Positions 16,817 to 26,436 of a DNA stretch of 29,842 bases are shown in pieces. This stretch comes from a virus (Duplodnaviria; Caudoviricetes). Positions within the stretch are counted from its first letter, which is position 1; every line of letters starts with the position of its first letter. Made by a program: the position numbers and the translations under genes. Location: positions 1 through 29,842 of the IMG/VR virus record IMGVR_UViG_3300030433_000547. The stretch is one strand, 5' to 3'. The notes below the pieces were generated by a model. It was not told the DNA's origin, ran no database searches, and was given only the letters and a program-made list of their open reading frames with translations.

Positions 16817-18682
16817 ATGGCACCTAGAAACCAAGGAATAATGACTGTAGATCCAACCTTAGTCGAAAGGTTGATAGGAACAAAACCACCAACACGAGGT
16901 CTTGGAGAGTTAATAGGTGCAAATACTGGTGCTTTAACAAGAGATGAGTTTTTTGGCAAAGGCGGCCCCATGACACTTGGCGTTGGAGGCACAAAATTTG
17001 ATGAGATAAAAAGGGATATAGCAACACCCGTAAAGTTAATATATGACACAATTTCAAATATTCCAGGTGCTGCAAAAGGAATAGGAGAATTTTTTGGGCA
17101 AGAAAGTGATGCGGCCAAAAAAAGAAGAGCTGTACAAGCAGCAGGTCAAATGTCTGGGTTTGAATTTGGTCAACCTGACATGGGTAAAATAGCAGGTATA
17201 AGTGGCATGGATATTTTTACAGGTGCTGGACAAGACAAGCTTGCTGAAGAAGCTAAACAAGCTATACAAAACACAATTCGTCAAAATCAACCAGATGCAG
17301 CAGCTTTTGATCCTGGAACAACTGACATATCTCAAGCTGATATAGATAAAGCTCAAGAACAAGCAAAGAAATTTGAAGGACCTGGCGAAGAGGTTGATAT
17401 TGCTGATGAAGAGTTTGCAAATTTTGCCGATGCTGACGCACTAAAGAGTGTTGACACACCAGCAAAAAAGGCTGTTGTGTCGTCATTGAACGACATAATG
17501 AAAGAGGTTAGACCTGGCATAAAAGCAAAGGATTACGATGAGTACATTAAAGAATTTGGTGAGGCTACTGGCTTAGATATATCAGGTGAGCCAGATACCA
17601 AACAAGCTTTGATGTCGTTTGGATTAGCACTTATGCAGAACAGAGCTGGTAAAGGCTTTAATATTAGTAACATATTAGGATCTGTTGGCGAAGCTGGAGA
17701 GGCAGCAATGCCTGAGTTCAGTAAAGCTGTGAGTGAAGCTAAAGCTATAAGAGCAAAGGCTGGTGCTTTTGCTATTAGCAGAAAGAAAGAAGACGAAGCT
17801 GCTGCTAGAAATAGGAAGAACTATGTTATTGTGCCAAAGGGTAAAGGTGGCATTAAAGGTCTTGCAGCTAACATGGATAAGGCTCAAAACTTACAACTAA
17901 ATTCTTTTGAATTAAATGCTCTAACGGAAAACAAAAAATTTCAAGATTCTTATGAAATTGTTCCTGACAGTCAATACAACAAAGTATTAGAAGCTGCACT
18001 TAAAACACCAGAATTAGGAAAAAAATATTTGACTTCAAAGGGCACTCTTCCTTTGTTTGAAGGTGCAGAGGGTGTGTTTGATGTTCCAGTGCAATATCCT
18101 GATAGAAATTATCTAGGTAAAGATGCAGCGACTAAACCTGCGTTTTTAGGAGATAAAGATGCTATTGAACAAGCCTTTAGGTCTATGCGTAAAGATATTG
18201 ATAGAGGTAAAGCAGAGTTTAGAGACTTGGTAGCTGCAATAGAAGCACCTGGCGGTGTTACTGTGTGGAAACAAGGAGTTGATGCTTTAACAAACTTAGG
18301 TGCTGCGTTTGGAGTGGACTTTAAGGATGAGCAAACATCAACAGGAAAAATTAAATTAATTTTAAATAGAATACAAGCCAAGTATGCTCCTCAAATATTA
18401 GGTGAAACTGGTAAAACTATTTCTGACGCTGATAGAGCAAGAGTGGCAAAAATTGTTGGCGAATTAAAAGCTTTTCAAAACCCAGCAGAATTAAAAGCCG
18501 CTATTGAAAGAATTTTTGGTGATATTATTGGCCAACAAGAAAGAAAATTAAAACAAGGTGTCATAAATTATAACAGCCTCACTAATCAGCAAGTTAAATT
18601 AGATTTTGGTGGCGGTTTATCTGAAACTCAACAAAAAGAGCTTGCGGCATATGAACAAAAATTTAAAGCTCAAGGCACATAG
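16817..18682 (+). CDS. Putative ejection protein
   Basis: 621 aa helical, ALMSFGLALM segment, ISD.DR near C-terminus; position in ejection operon. Confidence 0.6.
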   Translation: MAPRNQGIMTVDPTLVERLIGTKPPTRGLGELIGANTGALTRDEFFGKGGPMTLGVGGTKFDEIKRDIATPVKLIYDTISNIPGAAKGIGEFFGQESDAAKKRRAVQAAGQMSGFEFGQPDMGKIAGISGMDIFTGAGQDKLAEEAKQAIQNTIRQNQPDAAAFDPGTTDISQADIDKAQEQAKKFEGPGEEVDIADEEFANFADADALKSVDTPAKKAVVSSLNDIMKEVRPGIKAKDYDEYIKEFGEATGLDISGEPDTKQALMSFGLALMQNRAGKGFNISNILGSVGEAGEAAMPEFSKAVSEAKAIRAKAGAFAISRKKEDEAAARNRKNYVIVPKGKGGIKGLAANMDKAQNLQLNSFELNALTENKKFQDSYEIVPDSQYNKVLEAALKTPELGKKYLTSKGTLPLFEGAEGVFDVPVQYPDRNYLGKDAATKPAFLGDKDAIEQAFRSMRKDIDRGKAEFRDLVAAIEAPGGVTVWKQGVDALTNLGAAFGVDFKDEQTSTGKIKLILNRIQAKYAPQILGETGKTISDADRARVAKIVGELKAFQNPAELKAAIERIFGDIIGQQERKLKQGVINYNSLTNQQVKLDFGGGLSETQQKELAAYEQKFKAQGT

Positions 18683-18691
18683 GCATCGCAA

Positions 18692-21661
18692 ATGAAGCCA
18701 GAGGAGAGATTGACATTATTTAAAGCTTTGGAAACTAATGTTTTTTCAAAACCAGAAGAAAGATTAGCAGCGTTTAAAGCATTAGAGAATAATGATGAAA
18801 ATGTAGATGATTTACTTCGTGCAGTTCAATTTAACACTCTTACAAAGCAAACATCTTTTGACGAAATCGCAGAGCAAACAACTCAAAAAGACGAAAACTT
18901 TGATTATGAAACTGGTGCAGATTCTGGACTAAGAGCGTTGCTCTCGTTTGGTGAAACAGATAGAGATCAAGAGGCCATTCTAGCAAAGCTTGTAGGTATG
19001 GGTGGCTTTACAAGAGACTCTGCTGGTCGATTAGCACTTACTCCAGCTGGCCAAAAGGTGAGAGGACTTGAGCCAAAAGGCAACAAAAACCTTGTTATTG
19101 AAGACGAGGGGTTTTCTTTTGGTGATATAGCTGACTTAACTGGATTTGTTCCTGAAACAGTTGGTGCTATTGGTGGTGCTATATTAGGACTTCCAGGAGG
19201 GCTTGGATTAAGTGCTGCTGGAGCGGCTGCTGGTGCTGCTATTGGTCAAAGCTTAGAAGAGGGCGTGGAGAGTTTGTTAGGTGTTCAGACACAGAAAGCA
19301 TCAGAGGTGGCAGAAGATGTGTTAACAGAGGCAGCATTAGCTGGTACATTTGAGTTAGCTGGAGGCATTGTATTTAAAGCTGGTCGTGCCCTCGTTAGAG
19401 GCACTAGAAAAGTGGCTGATAGAGCTGGTAAATTACAAACAATTAAAGATGATAATTTAGCCAGAGCAGATAGATTATTAGACGATGGATTTATTCCAAG
19501 TGCAGAGCGTTTAGGTGCACCTGGCATGGTCGCTTACCAACAAAAATTTGCTGAAAATGTAATGAGAGACACTACGAGGATTGAAAAAAATATTGCTGCG
19601 GCTCTTAAAAAATCAAGTGATCTAAGAAGGGACCTTGTTAAAGGACAGGCATCTGCGGCCACAGAGGGTTTTGAAAATTTATCAAAAGGTCAATATAATA
19701 TTTTAAAACAAAATCAACAAAAGGCTTCTGATGCAGCTATGAAAGCTGTAAATGACAGTATCAATTATATTCAAAAAGCTACAAAAAATGACGCAACAAT
19801 AAACGAACAAATCCTTAAATCAATAGACAATGCTTTTCAAAGATTTGAAACTGACATAGCTGCAGATTTTGGACAAGTAGATAGGATATTAGCGTCCGTT
19901 AATATTAAAGGTAGAGGTAATGCACAGACTGCTCAAGTTATACCTACTGGTCCTTTAAAAAAACAATTTGAAACTATTATTAGAGAAGCTGGTGGTATGC
20001 AAACTGCTGGACCAAAGATGCAACAAGCACTTACAGCGTTTAGAGAATTGGGAGAAAACGCAAGTTTTAGACAAGTTGTGCTTTTAAGAAAACAATTTAA
20101 CGATGCTCTTTTTAGAGAAAATGCTTTATTTATAAGAGAGTTAGGTCCTGAAATAAATAGATTTATTGACAATTTGGATGAGTTAGTTGAAGGAACAAAT
20201 TTATCTGATCTTGCCGCTCTAAAAGGGCTTTCAAGAGCACAAAAAGATAAGTTAGCAGAAGCATCACAATTGAGAGAAACTGTGATGACTCGTTATAAAA
20301 CACAAAGACAATTGTTTGAGGACTTAGATACTTTTGGTGTCATAAGATCATTAAGAAACTTTGGTAAGAATACAGAAAAAAGAAAATTTGAAATTGATAG
20401 ATTTTTTGACAGAGTTATTAGACAAGATAGTCCAGAAAGATTAAAGCAATTATTTAAAGCTTTAGGTGATGATGAAGCTCAACTATTAAGGGGTGAGTTA
20501 AGCAGATCCTACTTAGAAAAAGGCATACAAAAAACTGGTTTAAATGAATTTGGTGAACTGACAAATGGTAAGTTTAGTGGTGCTGCTTTTAATAATCACA
20601 TTCAAAAACTTGGTGATACGGGTAAACAGTTGTTTGGTGACCAATGGACTGAAGTCAAAAAGTTAGGTGAAATAATAGCAAGAGCAGGTACAGATAAGAT
20701 AGACAAAGCAGCTGTAGATCAAATACTTAAAAGAGCTACAGATCAAAACAAGCCATTAGTACAAGCTTTAAAAGATGTAGCTGATGCAAAAGAGGCTTTT
20801 GCAAAAGCACAAGAAGTAACAATAATTAGAAAGTTTAATGAAGGAACTTTAGACCCGATTGATGCTGTTCAATTACTGGCTACGCCTAAAAGAATCTCAT
20901 TAAATGAAGCAAAAAAGTTTATGAAATTTTTTGACAAAGATCCAAAAGCTTTAGAAGACATAAGAACATTTGTAGTTGAAGATATATTATCTAGGGTTGA
21001 TGGTGATGTTTTTAGCAGTAAGGCAGCAGCTGATCAACTGCTCAAACATCTTGATAGTTTTGACCAGAATGTTTTGCGAACAATTTTAGGAGATGACTCT
21101 GTTACAGCTTTAAGAGAGTTTGGTAAAGATTTACAATTTTTAAATGATATCGGCAGAGAAGGTAATGTTGCTGCGGCTGCTTATACATCTAATCCGATAA
21201 ATAAATACAGAGACATTATTAAATTTAAAATTTTTAATAAGATTGGCAGCAATCCAGAGGTAGCAAGAAGATATGTAGATATGCAAAAGAATCTTCGTAG
21301 AAATGACGGAAATGGTGAGGCTATCAACAGTAGAGTTGCAAACACAGTTGAAGATGCTGCTAATCAAGTTTTAAATACAGCAGATAATATAGCTAGAGTT
21401 GGAAGACAAGTATTGGCTCAAGCTGTAGGCCCCGAAGACCCAAGCCTGCAACCAAGAAGGACAACACCAAATAGAAACTTAACGTCATTCAACGTGCAGC
21501 CTGCATCAAATGTAAGTGCCGTTGGTGGTATAGATATTACGCAACCTGGCGTAGGTGCAGCACTTGGCTTGAATCCAACAGATCAGGCTATAGCTGCAAG
21601 AGGTAGACCAAAGTCACCATTAAGTCTGCCTAAAGAAAGATTTGGGGAGTTATTTCAGTGA
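18692..21661 (+). CDS. Large ejection / DNA transfer protein
   Basis: 989 aa, helical, glycine-zipper segment VGAIGGAILGLPGGLGLSAAGAAAGAAIG; last and largest in the cluster as in podoviruses. Confidence 0.65.
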   Translation: MKPEERLTLFKALETNVFSKPEERLAAFKALENNDENVDDLLRAVQFNTLTKQTSFDEIAEQTTQKDENFDYETGADSGLRALLSFGETDRDQEAILAKLVGMGGFTRDSAGRLALTPAGQKVRGLEPKGNKNLVIEDEGFSFGDIADLTGFVPETVGAIGGAILGLPGGLGLSAAGAAAGAAIGQSLEEGVESLLGVQTQKASEVAEDVLTEAALAGTFELAGGIVFKAGRALVRGTRKVADRAGKLQTIKDDNLARADRLLDDGFIPSAERLGAPGMVAYQQKFAENVMRDTTRIEKNIAAALKKSSDLRRDLVKGQASAATEGFENLSKGQYNILKQNQQKASDAAMKAVNDSINYIQKATKNDATINEQILKSIDNAFQRFETDIAADFGQVDRILASVNIKGRGNAQTAQVIPTGPLKKQFETIIREAGGMQTAGPKMQQALTAFRELGENASFRQVVLLRKQFNDALFRENALFIRELGPEINRFIDNLDELVEGTNLSDLAALKGLSRAQKDKLAEASQLRETVMTRYKTQRQLFEDLDTFGVIRSLRNFGKNTEKRKFEIDRFFDRVIRQDSPERLKQLFKALGDDEAQLLRGELSRSYLEKGIQKTGLNEFGELTNGKFSGAAFNNHIQKLGDTGKQLFGDQWTEVKKLGEIIARAGTDKIDKAAVDQILKRATDQNKPLVQALKDVADAKEAFAKAQEVTIIRKFNEGTLDPIDAVQLLATPKRISLNEAKKFMKFFDKDPKALEDIRTFVVEDILSRVDGDVFSSKAAADQLLKHLDSFDQNVLRTILGDDSVTALREFGKDLQFLNDIGREGNVAAAAYTSNPINKYRDIIKFKIFNKIGSNPEVARRYVDMQKNLRRNDGNGEAINSRVANTVEDAANQVLNTADNIARVGRQVLAQAVGPEDPSLQPRRTTPNRNLTSFNVQPASNVSAVGGIDITQPGVGAALGLNPTDQAIAARGRPKSPLSLPKERFGELFQ

Positions 21662-22107
21662 ACATAGATGAACTAAGAGAAGAGCTTAAAATTGACGAGG
21701 GCGTGAAGTACGAAATATACCTCGACCATCTTCAACTACCCACGCTAGGAATCGGACATTTGATTCGAGAGACAGACCCTGAACACGGACTTCCTGTTGG
21801 TACAGCAATAGATGAAGAAAGAGTTAATGAGTTATTTCAATCAGACATTGAGATAACAATTATTGAATGCAGAGAGTTATTTCCTAACTTTGATGATTTA
21901 CCAGAAGAGGCACAAAAAATTTGTGCGAACATGATGTTTAATCTTGGTCGTCCAAGATTTTCCAAATTTAAAAAGTTTCGTGCTGCACTTGCAGAAAATA
22001 ACTGGTCTGAATGTGCAATTCAGATGGAAGACAGTCGTTGGCACAAACAAGTCCCAAACAGAGCGAATCGCCTAATTTCAAGGATGAGAGCGATTGAGTC
22101 CACCTAA
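21658..22107 (+). CDS. T4-type lysozyme (GH24)
   Basis: DEG....IYLD....PT.GIGH catalytic E-x8-D-x5-T; NMMFNLG, DSRW..QV.NRA; GTG start with GGGGAG SD. Confidence 0.9.
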   Translation: MNIDELREELKIDEGVKYEIYLDHLQLPTLGIGHLIRETDPEHGLPVGTAIDEERVNELFQSDIEITIIECRELFPNFDDLPEEAQKICANMMFNLGRPRFSKFKKFRAALAENNWSECAIQMEDSRWHKQVPNRANRLISRMRAIEST

Positions 22108-22275
22108 TCCAAGGACTTTACTTTCAGTATTAATATTTAATTTTTCACATTCTTTATCAACCATTAATCCTATTTGTTGACGTTTGTTTCTTCGCTCTTC
22201 TTTACAAATCAACTCTAGTTTATTGTAAGTATCAATATCAACAGCTATTGACTTGAATTTTGATATGTCTGTCAT
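22078..22275 (-). CDS. Small DNA-binding regulator, ribbon-helix-helix-like
   Basis: GGAGGT SD on minus strand; FKSIAV strand then DIDTYNKLELICKEERR and KRQQIGLMVDKE helices. Confidence 0.7.
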   Translation of the reverse strand: MTDISKFKSIAVDIDTYNKLELICKEERRNKRQQIGLMVDKECEKLNINTESKVLGLGGLNRSHP

Positions 22276-22287
22276 TATACTACCTCC

Positions 22288-22662
22288 ATGACCTATTCAT
22301 ACCCATTTATACCCAAAAAAAACAGAAGAACCAACAAATATTTTGCGAAAAAAACTGTAGCTATGGGATTAACATTCGATAGTAGATGGGAAGCTGAGAG
22401 GTGGGGACAACTTAAAGCTATGGAAAGAGCTGGTATCGTTACACAATTAGAGCGACAGATAAAGTATGAGTTATCAATTAATGATGTGAAAATTTGTAAT
22501 TACATAGCAGATTTTAGATATTTGTTAGAAGAAGAAAATGGTCTTTCTAAACTGGTTGTCGAAGATGCAAAAGGCATATTAACACCAGAGTTTAAGTTAA
22601 AAATGAAGATGATGAAAGCTATACACAATATAGATATTCATCTCTCTTACAAAAAAAAATAA
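22288..22662 (+). CDS. DUF1064-family PD-(D/E)xK endonuclease
   Basis: NKY.AKK....FDS..EA.R...L, LERQ, YIADF.Y, VVEDAKG, KLK.KMM. Confidence 0.85.
   Translation: MTYSYPFIPKKNRRTNKYFAKKTVAMGLTFDSRWEAERWGQLKAMERAGIVTQLERQIKYELSINDVKICNYIADFRYLLEEENGLSKLVVEDAKGILTPEFKLKMKMMKAIHNIDIHLSYKKK
22306..22334 (-). promoter_or_regulatory. Candidate promoter of the minus-strand regulator
   Basis: Minus strand TTGGTT, 17 bp, TATAAA, about 30 nt upstream of the 22275 start. Confidence 0.4.
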
Positions 22663-22671
22663 TAAAGTTTG

Positions 22672-22700
22672 TTGACAATTAGGTTATGTATGCCTATCTT
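22672..22700 (+). promoter_or_regulatory. Sigma70 promoter of replication operon
   Basis: TTGACA (22672-77), 17 bp, TATCTT (22695-700), preceded by an A-tract resembling an UP element. Confidence 0.8.
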
Positions 22701-22741
22701 GTAGGTATCTAGTGCTTAATTTAACAAGAAGGAGAATATTT

Positions 22742-23179
22742 ATGGACTTAGATTTTACGACTATGCCTATGGCTGATGTCTTCCGATATAGAGAAGACCT
22801 CAAAAGTCAGCTTGAGGCATTAAAGAAAAGACAAGCTGATATGAATGAAAAGCTTGCACTTAGATTTGGCAATGAAGCCAGAGAAAAGTTAAGAGATGAT
22901 AATAAAGACTTTGGTTCTGTTACTTTAAACGAAGAAGAGTACAAAGTTAAAGTATCTATCAGACAAAAAGTTACCTGGGATCAAGAGGGTCTTGTTCAAA
23001 CATTTATGAATGAGATGTCTGAAGATGATGCTAAACATTATGCAAAGATTACTTACAGTATTGATGAGCGTAAGTATACTAATGCACCGCCTGCAATAAA
23101 GGATAAGTTGCAAAAGCATAGAACTGTTCAAGTTGTAGGTACTTCAGTTGATATTACGGAGGCTGCTAATGGCTCTTAA
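22742..23179 (+). CDS. Hypothetical protein of recombination/replication module
   Basis: AAGGAG SD favours ATG 22742 over 22712; coiled-coil N-terminus, KVTWDQ..L, YSIDERKY..P motifs. Confidence 0.75.
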   Translation: MDLDFTTMPMADVFRYREDLKSQLEALKKRQADMNEKLALRFGNEAREKLRDDNKDFGSVTLNEEEYKVKVSIRQKVTWDQEGLVQTFMNEMSEDDAKHYAKITYSIDERKYTNAPPAIKDKLQKHRTVQVVGTSVDITEAANGS

Positions 23180-24023
23180 AATTATTTCTGCTGAAGAGCG
23201 TTTAAAAGAAAAGCGTGGACATAAGATTGTTGTGTGTGGACCAAGTGGTGTGGGTAAGACTACTCTTGCCCGTACTCTTGATCCCGATACAACTTTGTTC
23301 ATGGATTTAGAAGCTGGTGACGCAGCTATTGAGAATTGGCCTATTGATGTTATTCGCCCACAGACATGGGAAGAATGCAGAGATTTTGCTTGTTTTCTTG
23401 GTGGTCCTAATCCAGCATTAACACCAGATCAACCTTATAGTGAAATTGAGTTTCAAAGAGTATCACAGATGTATGGCGATCAAATGGAAGTTATGAAGAA
23501 GTATGACTCTATTTTTGTCGATAGTATTACAGTTGCTGGTAGGCTTTGTTTTCAATATTGCTTTGGTCATCCAGATAACAAATCTGATAGAACGGGTAAG
23601 GTTGATACAAGAGCTGTGTATGGTATGCAAGGTCGAGAGATGATGGGTTGGCTTACTCACTTACAACACATTAGATCAAAGAATGTTATCTTTGTAGGTA
23701 TTCTTGACGAAAAGGTTGATGAGTATGGAAGGACTAATTTTGAGTTACAGATTGAAGGCTCAAAAACTGGTCGTGAACTTCCAGGCATCGTTGACGAGGT
23801 TATCACGATGGCAGTTATGCCAGGTGGTGACGAGCATCCACCATATAGAGCATTTGTATGTCAAACTCTAAATCAGTGGGGTTATCCAGCCAAAGATAGG
23901 TCTGGTCAATTAGAGGTTTTAGAAGAGCCTCATTTAGGTAAACTATTAACAAAAATCAGTGGTCGTGATGCTAATAAAAAATTAAACTTTGCATCACCAA
24001 ATTCTAGCGAAGGGAGTAAATAA
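23169..24023 (+). CDS. AAA_24 / Sak4-like P-loop ATPase
   Basis: Walker A GPSGVGKT, DLEAG, Walker B IFVDSIT, AKDRSG; GGAGG SD before ATG 23169. Confidence 0.85.
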   Translation: MALKIISAEERLKEKRGHKIVVCGPSGVGKTTLARTLDPDTTLFMDLEAGDAAIENWPIDVIRPQTWEECRDFACFLGGPNPALTPDQPYSEIEFQRVSQMYGDQMEVMKKYDSIFVDSITVAGRLCFQYCFGHPDNKSDRTGKVDTRAVYGMQGREMMGWLTHLQHIRSKNVIFVGILDEKVDEYGRTNFELQIEGSKTGRELPGIVDEVITMAVMPGGDEHPPYRAFVCQTLNQWGYPAKDRSGQLEVLEEPHLGKLLTKISGRDANKKLNFASPNSSEGSK

Positions 24024-24652
24024 TGATTGATTTTAGTAACGTAACATCTGGCGGTGGTGGGGGAGACTTTGAGCTCATTCCCGCTGGAACTATTGCTCGT
24101 ACAATCCTAACTATTAAAAGGGGTGGCGAAGTTTTAAAAGAATATTCACAAGAGCCAATGTTTAAAAGTAGTGAGCGTGGCACGAAGTGGATTGAATGTG
24201 AATTTGTTGTAGTGGGTGGACCATACAACAAAAGAAGATTTTGGCAAAATATTATGCTTGATGGCGGTAGGATTGATCCAGAAACTGGTATTTGTTATAC
24301 CAAAAAAATTGGATTAGAAACCATCAAAGATATTATTGATAGTGCCAAAGGGTTGTCTAAATCTGACATTTCGCCAGAGGCCATGAAAACAAGAAACATC
24401 AATGGACTTGAGGACATGGATGGCATGGAGTTCTGTGCAAAGATTGGTATTGAAAAAGGCACAAATGGTTATGCTGACAAAAATAAGTTAGTAGGAACTT
24501 TATGTGTGGGGGAGAATCAATACATTGGAAGTGGACAACCTACTAATACACCTACTCCGCCTACAACACCTCCAGGTGGTAATTCAACACCGCCACAAGG
24601 TAATGGTTTTAAACCAGCTCCTTGGGCTAACAAGGGGGATAAAACGGAGTAA
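24023..24652 (+). CDS. Putative single-stranded DNA-binding protein (DUF669-like)
   Basis: Follows Sak4-like gene; F..IP.G, EF.VV.G.Y..R.FW, Y..KN, Pro-rich tail ending APW. Confidence 0.65.
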   Translation: MIDFSNVTSGGGGGDFELIPAGTIARTILTIKRGGEVLKEYSQEPMFKSSERGTKWIECEFVVVGGPYNKRRFWQNIMLDGGRIDPETGICYTKKIGLETIKDIIDSAKGLSKSDISPEAMKTRNINGLEDMDGMEFCAKIGIEKGTNGYADKNKLVGTLCVGENQYIGSGQPTNTPTPPTTPPGGNSTPPQGNGFKPAPWANKGDKTE

Positions 24653-24663
24653 GGTTAAAAGTT

Positions 24664-24735
24664 TTCTAGCGGCAAGACTCCTTCTTCGTCTGCTAGAGTC
24701 GGTTTGGGTGGCACCGATGCCGCAAAGCTACCCGA
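24664..24735 (+). ncRNA. Structured intergenic element: hairpin plus H-type pseudoknot
   Basis: TCTAGCGG/CTGCTAGA hairpin; GTCGGT/ACCGAT crossed by GGGTGGC/GCTACCC; GC-rich in an AT-rich genome. Confidence 0.55.
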
Positions 24736-24753
24736 TTTACAAGGGAACAAACA

Positions 24754-26436
24754 ATGATTTTAAGACCATATCAAGAGATTGCAGTAGACGATGCTGCAAC
24801 TGCTTTAGACAAACATAAAAACACAATTGTTGTTGCACCAACGGGCGCAGGCAAAACAATTATGTTATCTGCCTTGGTAGGCAAAAGATTTAAAGTTGGA
24901 AATAAAGTTTTAGTATTGCAGCATAGAGATGAATTAGTAAGACAAAACAAAACTAAGTTTTCAAGAGTAAATCCAGACATTACGACAAGCATTGTAGATG
25001 GAAGTGAAAAAGACTGGTCTGGAAGCACTATTTTTAGCATGGTGCAAACATTATCAAGAGAGAACAATTTAAGTCACATTAATCATTTTGATTTAGTTGT
25101 AGTTGATGAAAGTCATCATGCAGTAGCTGATACCTATATGCGTATTATTAACAAAGTTAAGGAAGCTAATGATTCTGTAGAGATTGTTGGCTTTACGGCT
25201 ACACCTAATCGTGGTGACAAAAAAGGTTTAAAGAAAGTATTTACCAATTGCTCACATCAGATTGAAATCAGCACATTAATCAGAGAAGGATTTTTAGTAC
25301 CACCAAAAACATTTGTTATTGATGTTGGTGTACAAAAAGATTTAGCCAATGTTCGCAAAACAGTCACAGACTTCGATATGTCAGAAGTTGAAAAGATTAT
25401 GAATAAGAGAGCAATCAACGAAAAGATTGTAGCTGAATGGCAAGATAAAGCTGAAACAAGAAAAACAGTAGTATTTTGCAGCACAATTAATCATGCACAA
25501 GATGTATGTGATGAATTTAGAAGAGCTAACATTAGAGCTGAGATTGTTACTGGAGACACACCATCAGAAGAAAGAAAACAGATTTTAAAAGATTTGGAAC
25601 ATGGTGACGTTCAAGTGGTTGTCAATGTAGCGGTATTAACCGAGGGTTTTGATGCACCACCTATCAGTTGCATTGTATTAACTAGACCATGTTCATATAA
25701 GTCAACAATGGTACAGATGATTGGTCGTGGGTTGAGAACTGTGAGCCAGGAGGAATATCCTGGATTAATTAAAAAAGACTGCATTGTATTAGATTTTGGA
25801 ACAAGTGTTCTTACACATGGATCTTTAGATGAGGGCGTTAATCTTGATGGAGATGCACATCTGAATGCTGGTGCCACACCTTTAAAAATCTGCCCAGAGT
25901 GTCAGTCTGAAGTCCCTTTATCAAGTCGTGAGTGTCCTATTTGTGGGCATGAGTTTGGCGGAGAAGAAAAAGAAGCTTTAGAAAACTTTACTATGACAGA
26001 GGTTGATTTGATTGATAGATCGCCTTTTAGATGGCTTGACTTGTTTGAGAATGAGATTTGTATGATGGCTAGTGGATTTAACGGATTTGGATTAGTAGCA
26101 CATTTGGATGACATCTCTGTATGCGTTGTAAAGCGTGACAAAGGTCGTGTAAGAGTTATTAGTGTTGGAACTAAAGAACAAACTATTGCAGCTGCTGATG
26201 ACTTTCTAAGAGGCATTGAGGATAGTGATGGTGCTAAAAAGGGCAAAAGATGGCTAGGTCAAGCTGTTTCACCTAAACAAAGAGAGGCGCTTGCAAGACA
26301 TGATGTGTTTATTAGACCAATGGATTTTAGCTGGAATAAGTACAAAGCTGCTTGTTGGTTAAATTATTTGTGGAATAAAAAAGCAATTGATGACAAAATT
26401 TTACATTATTATGAAGGAGGTAAGCGTGCATCGTAG
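24754..26436 (+). CDS. Superfamily 2 DExH helicase with Zn ribbon
   Basis: LRPYQ, APTGAGKT, VVDESHH, TATP, LTEGFD, QMIGRGLR; CPEC-x10-CPIC. Confidence 0.93.
   Translation: MILRPYQEIAVDDAATALDKHKNTIVVAPTGAGKTIMLSALVGKRFKVGNKVLVLQHRDELVRQNKTKFSRVNPDITTSIVDGSEKDWSGSTIFSMVQTLSRENNLSHINHFDLVVVDESHHAVADTYMRIINKVKEANDSVEIVGFTATPNRGDKKGLKKVFTNCSHQIEISTLIREGFLVPPKTFVIDVGVQKDLANVRKTVTDFDMSEVEKIMNKRAINEKIVAEWQDKAETRKTVVFCSTINHAQDVCDEFRRANIRAEIVTGDTPSEERKQILKDLEHGDVQVVVNVAVLTEGFDAPPISCIVLTRPCSYKSTMVQMIGRGLRTVSQEEYPGLIKKDCIVLDFGTSVLTHGSLDEGVNLDGDAHLNAGATPLKICPECQSEVPLSSRECPICGHEFGGEEKEALENFTMTEVDLIDRSPFRWLDLFENEICMMASGFNGFGLVAHLDDISVCVVKRDKGRVRVISVGTKEQTIAAADDFLRGIEDSDGAKKGKRWLGQAVSPKQREALARHDVFIRPMDFSWNKYKAACWLNYLWNKKAIDDKILHYYEGGKRAS

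Noticed and set aside
24664-24735. tRNA, SAM-II/SAM-V riboswitch or intrinsic terminator
   Set aside because: No cloverleaf or T-loop; lacks the conserved SAM-II/V sequence features as I recall them; no U-tract after the stems. An Rfam search is still needed.
24504-24818. ORF bridging SSB and helicase, suggesting a programmed frameshift fusion
   Set aside because: It is in a third frame so two shifts would be needed; no canonical slippery heptamer at proper spacing before the pseudoknot; no SD.
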